Assembly: GCA_951406725.2 (NCBI GenBank) | Contig: OX597817.1 | Coordinates: 96,348,001-96,412,000, forward strand | Source: Octopus vulgaris | Lineage: Eukaryota | Reading direction: 5' to 3' | Length of the DNA stretch: 64,000 bases | Shown: piece by piece, positions 1 through 13,487 of the stretch | Layout of the letters: every line of letters begins with the position of its first letter | Position numbering within the stretch: the first letter of the stretch is position 1 | The notes under the pieces: generated by a model | The model's database searches: none | Told to the model about the DNA's origin: nothing | Seen by the model: the letters and a program-made list of their open reading frames with translations, nothing else | Translations under genes and position numbers: made by a program

Positions 1-625
1 GGCTCACATTGGCAAACTGGATATAAAGGGCCCAACAAAAACAGATTCATTCTCTTTTCACCACAAGCGCTTGCTGAACACACTTCACTGGCTGGGTCTC
101 CAAGCCAGTCCTTTCTGCATGTTGTATCTCTAGAGGCAATGGGCCCACGTTAACGGAGATACAACAAAATGCACACAGCCTAAGATGGTATGCTGAGAGC
201 AACACACTTCACATATTCTGTGAAAAATGTAAATAAACCGATTGTGAATTGCATTTGTACTTTTTTCCTCAGCTGCTGGAGCCTGAACTACACGAAGAAC
301 AATATTTAATGGGAGAAGTCAATATTCACCCAATATCATAAACCTTGCCTCCCATTATAGATACTTATTTATATGTTTACATGAAAAACTTATTCATTTC
401 CCAAATTAATAAGGTTTCCTTTTCTTTTCATTATTTTATAATTTTCTTCTAAGCATCTGCAGAATTTATTATTAATTTTGTAACTAGATGCATGTGCAAA
501 AAATTTTCCATTTAGTTAACTTTATTCCTTTTCAATTTTTTTATTTTTTTATTTTATCTAGTTTCAGCTCATGAGCTGTGGCCATGCTGGGGTACCGCCA
601 TTTGGTGTTGTTACATGATTTTACT

Positions 626-3565
626 TCACGAATGCTTTTTAGCAATTGCCATTTGGTGCATGAGAGAGTTCGATGCAGCTACCCTCATCTGCACCTCCTG
701 CCATGAAGTTGGTTCATCTGGGACACCTGACAGGAAGAGATCCAGTTTCATTTTAAAGACATCGGCATTCACCCCATGCAAGTCTCTCAGGTTCTTCGGG
801 AGGATATTGAAGAGCTGTGGGCCTCTGAAGCCCAGGCTATCACAGTATCTTGTCCTACATCTTGATGGCAAATTTGGAGTCCTCGGCACTATGCAGTGGC
901 GCCCAGTTCTAGCATTTGTGTAACTCTCGATGCCAAAGTTTAGGACAAGTCCTTCTAGGATCTTCCAGATGTATATTATGGCATATCTTTCTCGCCTACG
1001 CTCCAGGGAATAGAGTCTTAATCTCTTGAGTCTTTCCCAGTAGCTTATATGCTGCACAGAGGCTATCTTCTTCATGTAGCTTCGTTGGATCGCCTCAAGT
1101 TCTGTGATTAACTTGACACTGGATGGTGACCATAGCTGAGAGCAATAGTCAAAGTGGCTTAGGACAAGTGTCCTCCAGAGGACCATCATGGTTTCCTGGT
1201 CTCTTGTTCTAAAGGTTCTAAGAATCCATCCGGTCAGCCGCCTACATTTCATTGCCAATTTAGCAACATGCACATGAAAGGTTGCATCATCACTCATGTA
1301 AATACCCAGGTCAAGTACTAATTGTGCCTCTGGGATTGCAATCCCTCCAGGTCCAGTGTATTTATTGGGTATTGCATTTAGTTTTGCATGCTGATAGCAT
1401 AAAGCTTGAAACTTTTCAGCATTGAACTGCATGAAATTCTTTTCAGCCCACTTGGATATTTTGTCCAGCTCACATTGCAGGTGCTTAGTGTCTTCAGGGT
1501 TCTGTATTGCCTGTGAAACTTTTGTATCATCTGCATAACTTGTGATTGTGGCTCTCGGCGTGGCTGAGGGCATGTCTGAGAGGGCCATTATGAACAGTAG
1601 TGGTCCCAAAACAGTGCCTTGTGGAACACCGCTCACTATTTGCGTGTTAATAGAAGTGGCCCCATTGGCTACTACCACCTGGCTTCTATCCTTCAGAAAG
1701 TCATCAAGCCATTCTCCCAATTTTCCAACTATGCCAAGATCACGCAGTTTGTGACATATCATTCCATGATCGACTTTATCAAAGGCCTTTGCAAAGTCGA
1801 GATATATGACTTCCACATTTGAGTGGTTGAGCAGTCATTTCAGCACCCAGTCATAGTGTTGTAGAAGCTGAGTTAGGCAGCTTCTTCCTGGTCGGAAACC
1901 ATGTTGGGTGTCAGGCAGCAAGTCATTTTCTTCAAGGAAGGTGATTAGTTTCCTTCCGACTATTCGTTCCATGACCTTGCTGATGTGTGAGGTGAGAGAG
2001 ATAGGTCTGTAGTTCTTGGCCTCCGCTCTGCTACCTCCTTTATGAATAGGGCATATTTTACCTTCTTTCAGTTTTCTTGGAAGTTTGCCAGTTGCAAGGA
2101 AGCTCTGAAAGAGGAACTGCAGTGGTCTTGCTAGGACTCTCTTACATACTATTACAAGGATTGCTGGGAATCCATCGGGGCCAGTAGCTGAGTCTGTTTT
2201 CATTTCATCTATAGCCTTGATTACATCGTCTTCCTTTATATCGATGTAATCTATCGTCGCCGCCTCTGATTTTACATCTGCAGTGGTAAAGAAGTCAGTT
2301 GGATTGTTGACTTGAAAATGCCCTAGGGGTGGAGTGATAATACTCTTGAATTGCTCATTTAGTATTTCACTTATCCTCATTGGATTTCCTGTGAGTGTGT
2401 CATCCTTTTCAAGGAGTGGCCCTATCCTACAGTGCACCGTAGCTGTTTCTTTGGCATACCTGTAGAAAGCTCTGGGGTTAGATTTTATGTTGTCTATAGC
2501 CCAGGCTTCTTTGTCTGCTCTTTCTTTTTCATGGGAGAGTTGCAGACATTTTTCAATTTCTAACAGTTTTATTTTCATTAGAAATTTTCTCATTAGAATT
2601 TTCCTCTCTCTGGGGATTTTGTTCTTGCGTACAGTGTCCTTTCTCTCTGGGACACATTTGTAGCAAATGGCTTGCATTACAGACATGAATTGTTGAAGTT
2701 TCATGTCGATGTCTGGCGAGGAGAGACATTCAGGCCAGTTTTGTTTGAGGATCTCTTTCTCAATTTGTTTCCAGTTTGCCTTATGGAAGTTCAAGCTGAA
2801 AAGATTCTGAGAGTTTCTTGTAGACTGCATGTCCATGCTTTCCCATGGCCCATACATGGTCAGCTCTACCATGTTGTGATCCAAGAGTAGTGTCGGTGTC
2901 ACTTTCACATTATGGATGAGATCCATATTATTTGTGAAGCAGAGATCCAGTATGTTACCTGCCCTGGTTGGTTGGAGTATTACTTGCTCCATGTACAGCA
3001 TGTTGATGAGGTTCAGGAGGGACCTCGCCTGTCCTCGTTCACATCTTGTCATTCCTGGGAGAGAAAGGCCCTCGGGCCATTTGACATTGGGTAGATTGAA
3101 GTCTCCCATAAGTACACTTATGTGTTGTTGTAATGTGACTAGAACTTCTATTTTTATAAGGCAGTCTTCAAACTTGCCTACATGGCTTGGGGCACCTGGA
3201 GGGCGATATGTAGCACATATAACTACACCAAGTTGCCTTATATGTACAATTAGTATGTCACACACCGAATTTGAGTATGACAAAAGGACCTGGGGTGTGA
3301 GGTCCTCGTGGATGTACATAGCAACTCCTCCATGACTCATTTCTTTTCTGTCGGTCCGTAGTACAACATACTGTGGTATGTGTATTTCCACATCTGCTAT
3401 GTCCGGTTTCAGGAGTGTTTCCGTAAGTGCTATGCATAAGGCTTGATTGCATGCAACAAAGTCTCTCAAGAATGGGATTTTTGTCCTGTTACTGAGTGTT
3501 AGCAGTCCTCTGATGTTCAGTAGGAGCATCGCGGTGATGTGTATGCTGTTACCGGTGGTGTCCAC
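626..3565 (-). pseudogene. LINE ORF2 (AP endonuclease + reverse transcriptase), disrupted
   Basis: ORFs 1835..3565 (LLNIRGL, ALTET, YRPP, GDFN, LDLCF, DHN; NYRPISLTS) and 626..1816 (RT core) are in the same frame, split by a premature stop at 1835-1837 (CGG in copy 2). Relative to copy 2 it also lacks ~20 aa around RRRTKFSNRLNK. Confidence 0.9.
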
Positions 3566-3641
3566 CTTGGGTCTATTTGCTGTGATGGTCTTGTGTATTG
3601 TGGATAGTCACATCAGCGAGATTGAGTTTCATGGAGCCAGG

Positions 3642-4346
3642 CTAGCTGCTGTACAATCTTTTGTACCATGCACAAAAAGATTCTTGTTCAGCAGCTGTCC
3701 TTTCAATAACATGTTGGCAGTTTGTAGCACGCACCGCATCTGTGTACCTCCGTTTTGGGGCAGGTGGTGTGTGGTCCATTCCTTTTCCTTTTGGTAGTTG
3801 GTTTCTGCCCTGTTTCATGTTTATGTGGCAGGGTCTTTGATGTGCAAAACGGCAGCCTGCACCTTCCTCTCCATGCCAGCACACACCTTTCAGGTAGAAT
3901 TTACACATTCGTGTGTGCTGTCTTTTTCTATTCTTTTTGGTATATGGATAGTCAGGTTTGCTTCTATCCTTGGCTGTTTCATCTTTTGGTTTTGTTTGAG
4001 TTTTAGTTTTTCCTTCTTTGGCTGTTTCATCTTTTGTTTTTCTTTTAGTTTTTCCTCCTTTTACTTCCTTTTTGGCTCTTTCATCTCCATGGTTTTGGCT
4101 TTGGGTGCTGGTAGGGGCACTTGCACTTGGGTTTACTTCCTGGGCAGGTTTCTCACTTGAATCTTCTTTGTTGTCCTGGGTGTCTACCAAGTGGGGGTGA
4201 CATGTTTCATTAGCACCCGTGCCTCCATCCTTGCCATTTTTACTTTGTTCGTTGTCAAAGATGGCATCAAGCGTGCCGATGTGGGATCTTATGAGTGCAT
4301 AGGAGCGTATAAACTCCTGCTTCTTTCGCTCTATCTGTGCTAACAT
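3642..4346 (-). CDS. LINE ORF1-like protein with a CCCH-type zinc finger
   Basis: 234-aa ORF immediately upstream of ORF2 on the same strand. Lys-rich tract followed by CKFYLKGVCWHGEEGAGCRFAH (C-x7-C-x8-C-x3-H). Confidence 0.7.
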   Translation of the reverse strand: MLAQIERKKQEFIRSYALIRSHIGTLDAIFDNEQSKNGKDGGTGANETCHPHLVDTQDNKEDSSEKPAQEVNPSASAPTSTQSQNHGDERAKKEVKGGKTKRKTKDETAKEGKTKTQTKPKDETAKDRSKPDYPYTKKNRKRQHTRMCKFYLKGVCWHGEEGAGCRFAHQRPCHINMKQGRNQLPKGKGMDHTPPAPKRRYTDAVRATNCQHVIERTAAEQESFCAWYKRLYSS

Positions 4347-6149
4347 CCTTGTGTATCCACTGTTCTTCAGCGCAGCTGTAATTATGTTGGTGCATCGCCA
4401 GGTGCATCCGTCGGTGCATCACCAGGCTCTCAGGAACAACGCCAATTCTATGCTCCTCCAGGTTCTGGACATTTTTGGATATTTTATTTATTTATCTATC
4501 TAATTATATTTAAAATTTAATAGTGTGATAGAGGGTAGAGAAGAAATAGAGAAAGAAAATGTCTATGTATTTAGAGAGATTGAGAGCTGAGAGAAGATAA
4601 GAAGAGAGTCAGAGAGAGTGAGAGGAGAAAGTTCGCATCTGTATATTTAGAAAGATTGAGAGGCTGAGAGAGGAAAGATGGTGTGACAGAGAGAAGTGAA
4701 GAAGTGAAGAGACAGAGAAAGAGGTGTGAGGAAGAGAAGTGAAGAGACAGAGAGAGAAGGAAATGAAAGAGAGGCGGTTATGCAAAAGATTGAGCGGCTG
4801 AGAGAAGATAAGAAGAAAGTGAGAGAGAGTCTATATATTTAGGAAGATTGAGAGGCTGAGAGAAGAAAGATGGTGTGATAGAGAAAGAGATGAAAGAGAG
4901 GAAGTGATGCAAAAGATTGAGCGGCTGAGAGAAGATAAGAAGAAAGTGAGAGTCTATAGATTTAGGAATATTGAGCAGCTGAGAGAAGAAAGATGGTGTG
5001 ATAGAGAGAAGTGAAGAGACAGAGAGAGAAAGAAAAGAAAGAGAGGAGGTTATGCAATAAATAAATATCTATCTATCTGCCACTACGAAGTTTTCTTCTG
5101 AGCTAATTATAAATATCTATTTATTTGCGACTACAAGAGAAGTGAAGAGACAGAGAGAGAAAGAAATGAAAGAGAGGAGGTTGTGCAACAAATAAATATA
5201 TATCTATCTGCAACTACGAAGGTTCAACGAGAGTTTTCTTCTGAACTAATTACGACTATACTTCTAGTGTTCGCGTCTATATATTTATTTATTTAGGAAG
5301 ATTGAGAGGCTGAGTAAAAATAAAGAAAAAATCTATATATATATAAATAAAGCAACAATTAAATATACACCTATCTAAAGTTGAATAGTTATAAAGGGAT
5401 ATAGTGAGAAAATGACAAAAAACGAAGCTGAAACAGAAATTGAAAGATTCTTAACAGAATGTAAATTATATATATATACCTGTCCATAGCTACAAACGTT
5501 TTCTTCTGAACTAAACTAATTGCGACTATACTTCTAATGTTCCCGTCTATATATTTAGGGAGATTGAGGGGCTGAGTAAATATATATATATAAATAAAGC
5601 AACAAATAAATATATGCCTATCTAAAGTTGAATAATTTTAGAGAGATGTATTGAGAAATTGACAGAAACGGAGCTGAAACAGAAATTGAAAGAAGATTAT
5701 TAACAGAATGTAAACAGAGAATAGGTCCTTACACTAATTTACGGGAAATTAAACAAATGAAAAGGGGTACTTATCTTATAAGAGGCCGAAGTTCCAAAGT
5801 CTTCTCCCTATACGAAGAGGTTTTTTTTAAAAAAAGAAAAGAAAAACGGTTCTTTTTGCTTGCTACAGTCGATTGGGAATAAACTTAAGAGATGTCACCA
5901 CGTGCTTTTTCAACGGGAAATCTGGCGTGCGTAATTAACTTTAGTGCATTATATTTGGCTTGAAGCGAAATATATTACGGTTCTATGTTTTTAATCAGTT
6001 TTCGCCGATTATTTTGTCGATTTATGCAAACCTTTTTGTTTTTTTATCACAGAGCAAAGCAACACGTCTCTACCCTACGAAAACCGAAAGTTGCCATATT
6101 TTCTTGATAATCCTGTACTATTCATTTTATTTTGGTCCCTAAATGTTGA

Positions 6150-7200
6150 TTCATGATTCGCTATTCTGAATTTAACCCAGTCCTATGTTGACCCAATATA
6201 GAAAATTTACTCATGTCTTGTATAATTATTGTCACCTGGTATACAACGCTTTTTCTTATGCAATGCATGTCAAACTTACATCTTTTAGGGTCTCTACAAT
6301 TACAGTTTTTATTTTGCAAGGAATTTGTAATATCCTCTTTTATAGATTCATGATTCATATTTTCTTACATCTGTATAGGTGTTTTTATAGCCAACCATAT
6401 TATTCTTACTATTTTCTTCTATCTTTTTGTTATAAGTTTTACTATCCATTTCTATTTTTTTTTTTTTCATAGAATTTATACAGTATTCTGTTATTTATCG
6501 ATAATATTATCCTAAATAGGTTTGGAGAAACAGTGGCCATTAAATATTTTCCCATATCTAGTGTTTTTAAAGTTTTTATTTATAATCTACCTAATAGATT
6601 TAATAAAATTGGTCTTCAATTGTTTAGCAAAAGGAATTATGATCCATATCGTTTTGTCTGAGTCTTCCTTATTCCTATATTCCTTTTTGTCCAATATAGT
6701 TTTTATTCATACAAGGTATGAGTTTCTTCCTAACTATTTTTTTATTACTTGTGCTCTCCTCAATTATATTTCTCTTTTTACATATCTTATTCTTGCTATT
6801 CTTATTCTTTATTACAAGGTTATAATAATTATTGTTTATCCAAATGTTATTTTTCAGTTTCCGATCACCTATATTATTATCATTATTCCTATTTTTATTT
6901 GCAATATTATTCTCTCCATCGATTGTTTAATTCTAATTTTAGAATTATCTTGTTTAACATATCTATTATTATTATTATTATTATTATTATCATTATTATT
7001 ATTCCGAATTTTCATTTCTACATTAAATTATAACCATAGTTTATAACTATACATTGGACTGAATATATTAAAATAATAGCTGAAATTAGGCATTATAATA
7101 GAAGAATATTAAGTAAATAAAAATAATATAACAGCCAAATAACCAGAAAAATGTAATAGAATTTTAACCGATCAAAATTGATTATAACTATGTGCATTTA
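6150..7200 (-). mobile_element. Degraded Naiad-type Penelope-like element fragment (Asn-rich linker + start of GIY-YIG)
   Basis: Minus-strand NCNCRDPKRCKFDMHCIRKSVVYQVTI matches the CxC...C...C...VIYK block of the intact PLE at ~61.05 kb. Upstream AAT-rich sequence at 6750-7010 encodes Asn-rich protein. Confidence 0.65.
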
Positions 7201-7482
7201 TAAGAACATCCTGGATATGAGAAAGTGTATGTTTATGTATGAAATGCTTATATATAATATGTATACAGCCAGATAAACATATGAATATATATGGATTCAG
7301 GTGTATATGTGTGTCTGGATGTGAACATATTGCTGTGTTTATATATGTATATCTTTTTTATATATATGTAATTTTTCATATTTGTATAAAAATTTTTTCT
7401 GTACGCGAATAAGTAGGAATACAGATACTTTCAATAAGTAAAAAATGTATTTTTACATAGAATATATAATATTATATATATT

Positions 7483-7856
7483 CCTTTATTCTTTTAGTTA
7501 GTTCAGTCATTTTACTCTACCCATGCTGGAGCACTGCCTTTCGTCGAGCAAATCGCCCCCAAGACTTATTCTTTGTAAGCCTAGTACTTATTCTATTGGC
7601 CTCTTTTGCTGAACTGCTATGTTGAGAACGTAAGCACACCAGCATCGGTTATCAAGCGGTGTTGGGGGTGGGACATACACAGACACACAAACATACACAC
7701 ACACGAGAGGTTTCTTTAAGTTTCCATTTACCAAATCCACTCACAAGGCTTTCCTCAATGTGAGGCTATAGTAGAAGATGCACTATGCAGTGGGACTGAA
7801 CCTGGAACCATTTGGTTAGTAAGCAAGATACTTACCACACACTCACTCCTGCACCT
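7483..7856 (-). mobile_element. tRNA-derived SINE
   Basis: Minus-strand head with an A-box-like TGTGTGGTAAG and B-box-like GGTTCAGTCCC. The 3' body recurs at 27985-28195. Confidence 0.7.
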
Positions 7857-8339
7857 ATACATATATATATATATGTTTTAGTATATTATAAATATATGAA
7901 TTGTATTTTACAGGGGTTATTTAATATACCCAATTATATATAGAGAGGTAAAAGGATGGAATGAGGAAATAACCAATATTTTAGTATCAAAATAGTTTAA
8001 ATTGAATAAAGTAATCTTCTCTATTTTGATTATAATTTTTGGATATGTAGTATATTAATTTACATTATGTTGATGTTATACATCTATTCCTTATGTTGTA
8101 TTGCATAATAGAATTATAAACCATATTATGTAAGATAGATGTATATATGTGTATGTATATTTGTTATGGATAGGTGTACACATGCTTAATGTAGTAATAT
8201 AAAGCATACATATCATTGAGACAGACAGAATACCTAACTCCATATACCAGTATGTTTATATACTAAGAAACTACTGCTGATCAGTAAGTACATGTGTACA
8301 TGAGCAAAATATATGTGAACAAATATGTAGGTATGAGCA

Positions 8340-8379
<40 letters not shown>

Positions 8380-8597
8380 ATATAAAAATATATATTATAT
8401 GTGGATACATATAATGAAAAAAAAATATGTATATTGAAATATAAGTATAATAATAATATACTTATATGTATGTGGGAGTGTATATGTTTGTATGAATAAA
8501 CATATGTATATATTGATTAAACTAGTAACTTTACTTAGATTTTTATAGATATTTATGAGTCATATTGAGAACTATGAAATAAAATATTCTATAAGGA

Positions 8598-8909
8598 TGT
8601 TGTTGTTGTTTGTTCTTTCTCAAGCCATGCCTGGTTCATAAGGGCTGGTTTTCAGGTTTCATTGGCATATAGGTTCCCCACCTGGACAGGACGCCAGTCC
8701 ATGGCAGGTGAGCTGCTAGATGCAGGAGGAAAGAGTGAGAGAAAGTTGTGGCAAAAGAGTCAACAGAACTTCACCATTACCTTCTGCCACAGCCACATGG
8801 AGCTTAGGTGTTTCGCTTGTAAACACACACATCACCTGGTCTGAGATTCAAACCCGTGATCCCTCGACTGCTAGTCCGCTGCTCTAGCCACTAAACCATG
8901 TGCCTCCAC
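8598..8909 (-). mobile_element. tRNA-derived SINE with (ACA)n tail
   Basis: Minus strand reads GGAGGCACATGGTTTAGTGGCTAGAGCAGCGGACT...GGGTTTGAATCTC (A and B boxes) and ends in AACAACAACAAC. Confidence 0.75.
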
Positions 8910-9529
8910 ATTAGTCTATAAGAATACAGATATTAAATGTTATCTCCTCTACATTGAATATGAAAATGGAATATAATGGATTATATATTCTCTTACATTA
9001 CTTTTTTATAAATACATAAGAATAATAGTGGCTCATTGATATAACTAAAATGTATTGATGAAATACTTAATTTTATCTAATTTTATTTAATTTAAATTTT
9101 ACTTAAGTATGTAGAATAACGAAAACAAATACATATATTTGTTTTATGTCTATTATGAAGGTAACATGCTCTTGCATAAAAATACACTTAGAATCAATAA
9201 AAATTATATCAAAATATATGTATATATTTACATAAGTATTGTAACTATATTGTTCAGATTTTAATATAAATATATCAAGCTACAAATTTTAAGATATACA
9301 AGAAGCTGGCATACATAACACTGGTAATCCTGCCAATTGTGATACACATTGTATACCACCACAAGTCACTGTTTGAGAACTCACTCAAATAAAGAATACA
9401 GGCCAGGAAGAATTGGCCATATCAATGAACTATCGACGAAAACTCATAGACACATGTGACATAATAATCCAACTGCTTGTTCCAATACTGTACAACACAC
9501 TTGATCAAATAAGCCTAACGACCAATATA

Positions 9530-9705
9530 GGAACCAGAAGAAGAATAGGGAAGGTTGTCCTCTGGTTCAACCTGATTTTTGGTTCGCATGTTTCAACCAA
9601 AATTGCTGGAAAATTTTTTGCTGCTTTGAAGAAGTGTTTTCCTAAATCTAATTGGCATCATGCTATTTTTAATCAGCACACCATGAAGGTATCCTACGCC
9701 AACTC
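9530..9705 (+). mobile_element. Naiad-type PLE fragment (thumb/linker)
   Basis: VLWFNLIFGSHVSTKIAGKFFAALKKCFPKSNWHHAIFNQHTMKVSYA parallels ILWLNIPFNCAIQSDIQNKFKVILEKNFPISHRYHRIISRKTVRISYS of the intact PLE. Confidence 0.7.
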
Positions 9706-9929
9706 TGAGTGTATGTGAGTGCATGTGTACGGGTGTGTGTGTGTGCATGTATGTGTTCGTGTATAAGTGTTTGTGTATGGGTGTGTGTGAGGAGTTTTCT
9801 ATGTGTGTATGCAGTATAAAAGCTATGTATGTGGGTGGGTGTGGAAGATAAATGGAGAGAGAAAAGGAAGGGAAACAGCTGAGGAAAAAAGAAAGGGAAA
9901 AGAAAGTTGGAAGCAGTTACATGAACAAG

Positions 9930-10620
9930 GGTCAGTGGGATTATGTTCAAACAATGTGTGAGTTTGTAATGTGAAAATGTACTGTTGTACCTGGCAAAGT
10001 TTAGTGGTGGTAGTTCCATGGTCTAAGTCCAGGTCAAAGACAAATGAGGTGTTTGGTGGAGTGGTTGGCTGAACAGAAGCGATTGGAGACAAGGGTATAT
10101 TTTTAGAGGTAGATATCTTGTAAATGTTCTGTAAATTTGTCACCTAGATGGTGGCCAGAATGTCCAACATATAATGAGTTGCAAAAGGTAGCTTTAAGAC
10201 AATAGATGACGTTAGAAGAGATACAGGAGAAAGAGTTATGCATGTGAATAGTGTGTTGGTTGGTTCCAGAGTGGGAGGTGGTGTTGATGATGAATGGATA
10301 AGTGTGGCACTGGGATTTGGAAAAAGGGAAGGATCCAGGACAAGTGGGGGTAGGGAAAGGGAGGAACCACAGACCATAGGTCATATAGGTTTTTAGGTAC
10401 ATCTGGAGGAAAAAGGTGGGTTGGAGAAAACAAAGAGGTCATGGAACTAGATAGAAGTTGGATGATCCATAGGATTTTCCAACAAAGGGGTAGGGTAGAG
10501 GGATGGAAAAAGAGGAGAAAAGGAATCCAGTTGGGAGACAGGTGTGGAGGAGAGTGGGCTAAGGTGCAATCAACTTGGTGGGCAGGAGTAAGGGTGGCAT
10601 GGACAAAAGTATCCACAACA
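9930..10620 (-). mobile_element. Degraded Penelope-like element 3' fragment (GIY-YIG endonuclease)
   Basis: FSCISSNVIYCLKATFCNSLYVGHSGHHLGDKFTEHLQDI fits the PLE GIY-YIG consensus (NVIY...YVG...R..EH). Confidence 0.7.
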
Positions 10621-10999
10621 AATAAGCAGATGATCCAAGTACTGAGACTGAGACACACACATATCAAAAAGGGGCACAGTAAAATGCAACACACAAACAA
10701 AATCAGGTTCGATAGTAGGCTCCATAATCCACTCTAGTATCCAATATAATAAAAACATAGGGCACCAAAGAACAGCTGTCATGTCTAAGGGTGATGTGGA
10801 TTCAAGTTCCATGGATAGCCTTCAACTTTTTTCTAACCAAAAGTTTTTCAACCCAACATTTACATGCTACTATTTTTATGCGCTTCAAGATCCACTGTTC
10901 CAACACGCAATTATTTCACATTCTCTCTAAAATTTATAAATTCTAATGATATCAACAAAATACAATTCTTGCTGGTAAGAATAAAGTTTCTAAAACAGA

Positions 11000-11460
11000 T
11001 AAATTCAAAGGAATGCTTGATCCCATGGTAGAATGCCTGTCATGTCTACAGGAGGTGTGGGTCCAAGTTCCACAACTGTTATGCTGATAATAGCTATTGA
11101 GCCAGAAACACATGTCCACAACTGTCCACATATCTCTAGACAATAAGCCTTGGCTGGTAGACAACTTCAGTCTTTAATGATGATAATGAGATCAAAAGCT
11201 TAACTCATATTAGAGAAATTATTAACAAGCATTTGAGCTTCTTTGATAGATGTTGCAACAAGTCCAGCATCATCAGCAAACAGGAAGTTACATATTATTG
11301 CCATTCAGTCAATTGTTTTGGTTTTGAAGTACTGGTGATTGAAGAAGCTGCCACTGATCCAGAATTTGAATTGTATATTGACAAAGTAAAGAGAAAATTG
11401 TTTTATTTAAGCTGTAAAATTCTTGATTCAAATTATCATAGAACAAGCCCAATTATACCA
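11000..11460 (-). mobile_element. Highly degraded RTE-type LINE RT fragment
   Basis: Minus strand near 11250-11300 reads NFLFADDAGLVA, an RT motif-5 of the LFADD type. Boundaries are approximate. Confidence 0.5.
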
Positions 11461-11588
11461 AACTTTTTTTCATTAGGCACAAGTTGTGGATCTTTTGACC
11501 TACAGATTTAAAAAATAATTTTTTGTAACTAAACACTTTCAAACTTCGGACACTGGTAGAGTGTGTCATATAAAATATCTTTTACTCT

Positions 11589-11950
11589 TAGCATTTTTGA
11601 GAAAAACTTATATTTACAAAGTTATTTCACCTTAAAGTTCTCATATTTCAGTAATTTTAATCAATCAATGACATGTATTCAGCTGAATAAAATTACTGCT
11701 GTTGTTTGTCAACAAGAACTTTCGGCGGTGTATATTTCATTTGTCACTGTTATTTATGACAACCCTAACCCTAAAACCTTAACCCTAACACCCTAACCCT
11801 AAAACCCTAACCCTAAAACGCTAACCTTAGAACCAGTACGAATGCACGAACGATGTCATAATACACATCATCGATTGGTTGAAATTACCGAAATACGAGT
11901 ACTTTAACATGAAATAACTTTGTAAATATAAGTTTTTCTCAAAAATGCTA
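11589..11950. mobile_element. MITE-like element: ~90-bp inverted repeats enclosing telomere-like repeats
   Basis: TAGCATTTTTGAGAAAAACTTATATTTACAAAGTTATTTCA... (from 11589) is the reverse complement of ...TGAAATAACTTTGTAAATATAAGTTTTTCTCAAAAATGCTA (to 11950). Confidence 0.75.
11761..11830 (-). repeat. Interstitial degenerate telomeric (TTAGGG)n-like tract
   Basis: AACCCTAACCCTAAAACCTTAACCCTAACACCCTAACCCTAAAACCCTAACCCTAAAACGCTAACC. Confidence 0.85.
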
Positions 11951-12334
11951 CACTTTTGTGATCAAAGTCACAAAATATCATACCATAAGCCAAGCAAATA
12001 ATTATTTCATGACAAAGAATAAGTTACCTTATTTCTATTCAATGGAAGCTAACTATGACTACTCCACATTAATGACTCTACAGCAGAAAAATGTCTCACA
12101 GAAAATTTATCTCCCTAGAAAATAAATGCAGCAAAAGAACAGTAGACCGAAAAAGAAATCTTTAGAAAAATGAAAAAACTCACAAGTAGCAAATTAAAAA
12201 ATATAAAATAGCAACAATAGAAAATATGTTACAACAAAAGGAAACTGAAACCTAACATAGTTATGTGAGAACTTTAGGAGACAGAAAGACACTACATGAA
12301 GTCCTGGCCAAATTGAAAAAAATTATAATATTAA

Positions 12335-13487
12335 CCCTTTCGTTACCAAACCGCCCGAAAAAGATTTTGGTTAATGTGACCAAACCGCCCAAAGCCGCCC
12401 GAAAAAGATTTTGGTTAATGTGACCAAACCGCCCAAAGCCGCCCGAATTTACCTATTCATATCTAAATGAGAATATCAGAGCAAATCTCTTTAGTACATT
12501 CGTGAAAACATGTGATTATGCTTCGTAAACAGTTCATCTACAGTTTTGTACAACGATCGACGTCTAATTTTAATTCCCTGAATTTTGGGAGATTTTTTTT
12601 CCACATTTTTTTCGGCATCGATTTTTCGACAACTTTGAAAATGGATAAGAGTTTCATGTTATCAAGCATTGATTCCGAATTGGAAAATTTGTGAAACAAA
12701 TACTGGGTACTGTTGTGGATTTAGTTTTTATACAGGGAAACAATGTTAGTCAGCATGGCTTAGGGTATGATGTGGTCTGGAAGTTATTGTTTGAAGCGAT
12801 CAATGCGGAAACAAACTTACGCAGAATGTAAACAAACACAAAATGGGGGTTCAAATTTCGGAAAATTTGTGAAGCAAATACTGGGTACTGCATGAATTTA
12901 GTTTTTATACAGGGAAAATAATGTTAGTCAGCATGGCCTAGGAAACGATGTGGTCTGGAATTTATCACTTCCATACCATAACCAGGGCCATATATTATTT
13001 TTTGACTGATTTCTTTAGTTCGGTCAAACTTACGGTGGATTCCAGTATTTCACTTTATTCCACCTTTATGGTACGCCTGTTGTGCATTAAATTCAACTGA
13101 TGATATAGTGATGTGCACAATTCTTCTTTATCAAAATTTTGTTGCATACCCATTTGAATATTAGCTGATGATTCATTTTCTATGGTGATGTTTAAACAAA
13201 ATTTTAATATTTTTACCTTTTGCTCAAATTTAAAATTGTAATATTTTTAGCTTTTGCTCAATTTACCTGGATTTACCTGTAATTAAAGTCACTTTGAGAC
13301 AAAAGTTATGCAATAGAATTGATTAAGAACCCTTACTTTAATTATGTTCCAAATATCACATTAATATGTTGATAAGTAAAAAAAGTTACAGTTATTTAAT
13401 GAAACAAGCCTAGATTCATGATTATTTTAGAATTTAATTGAAACTCATGAGGGGTGTTTTTTGGTCAGAAATATAGTAACGAAAGGG
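12335..13487 (+). mobile_element. Non-autonomous piggyBac element
   Basis: TTAA|CCCTTTCGTTAC ... GTAACGAAAGGG|TTAA gives perfect TIRs and a TTAA target duplication. Internal transposase remnants (TGY...YTGK...GLGYDVVWKL) occur twice (~12690-12790, ~12860-12965). Subterminal tandem repeat at 12346-12447. Confidence 0.9.

Larger units (their letters stand above)
545..5930 (-). mobile_element. Near full-length CR1-group non-LTR retrotransposon (LINE), copy 1
   Basis: ORF1 with a CCCH-like finger, followed by an APE+RT ORF2 (YLDFAKAFDKV, GVPQGTVLGP, YADD). A-rich 3' tail near 535-557. Long CT-rich, internally repeated 5' leader at 4350-5930; the 5' boundary is approximate. Confidence 0.85.

Noticed and set aside
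116-172. Hairpin GTTGTATCTC/GAGATACAAC
   Set aside because: An isolated 10-bp stem with no recognisable RNA family; probably a repeat remnant.
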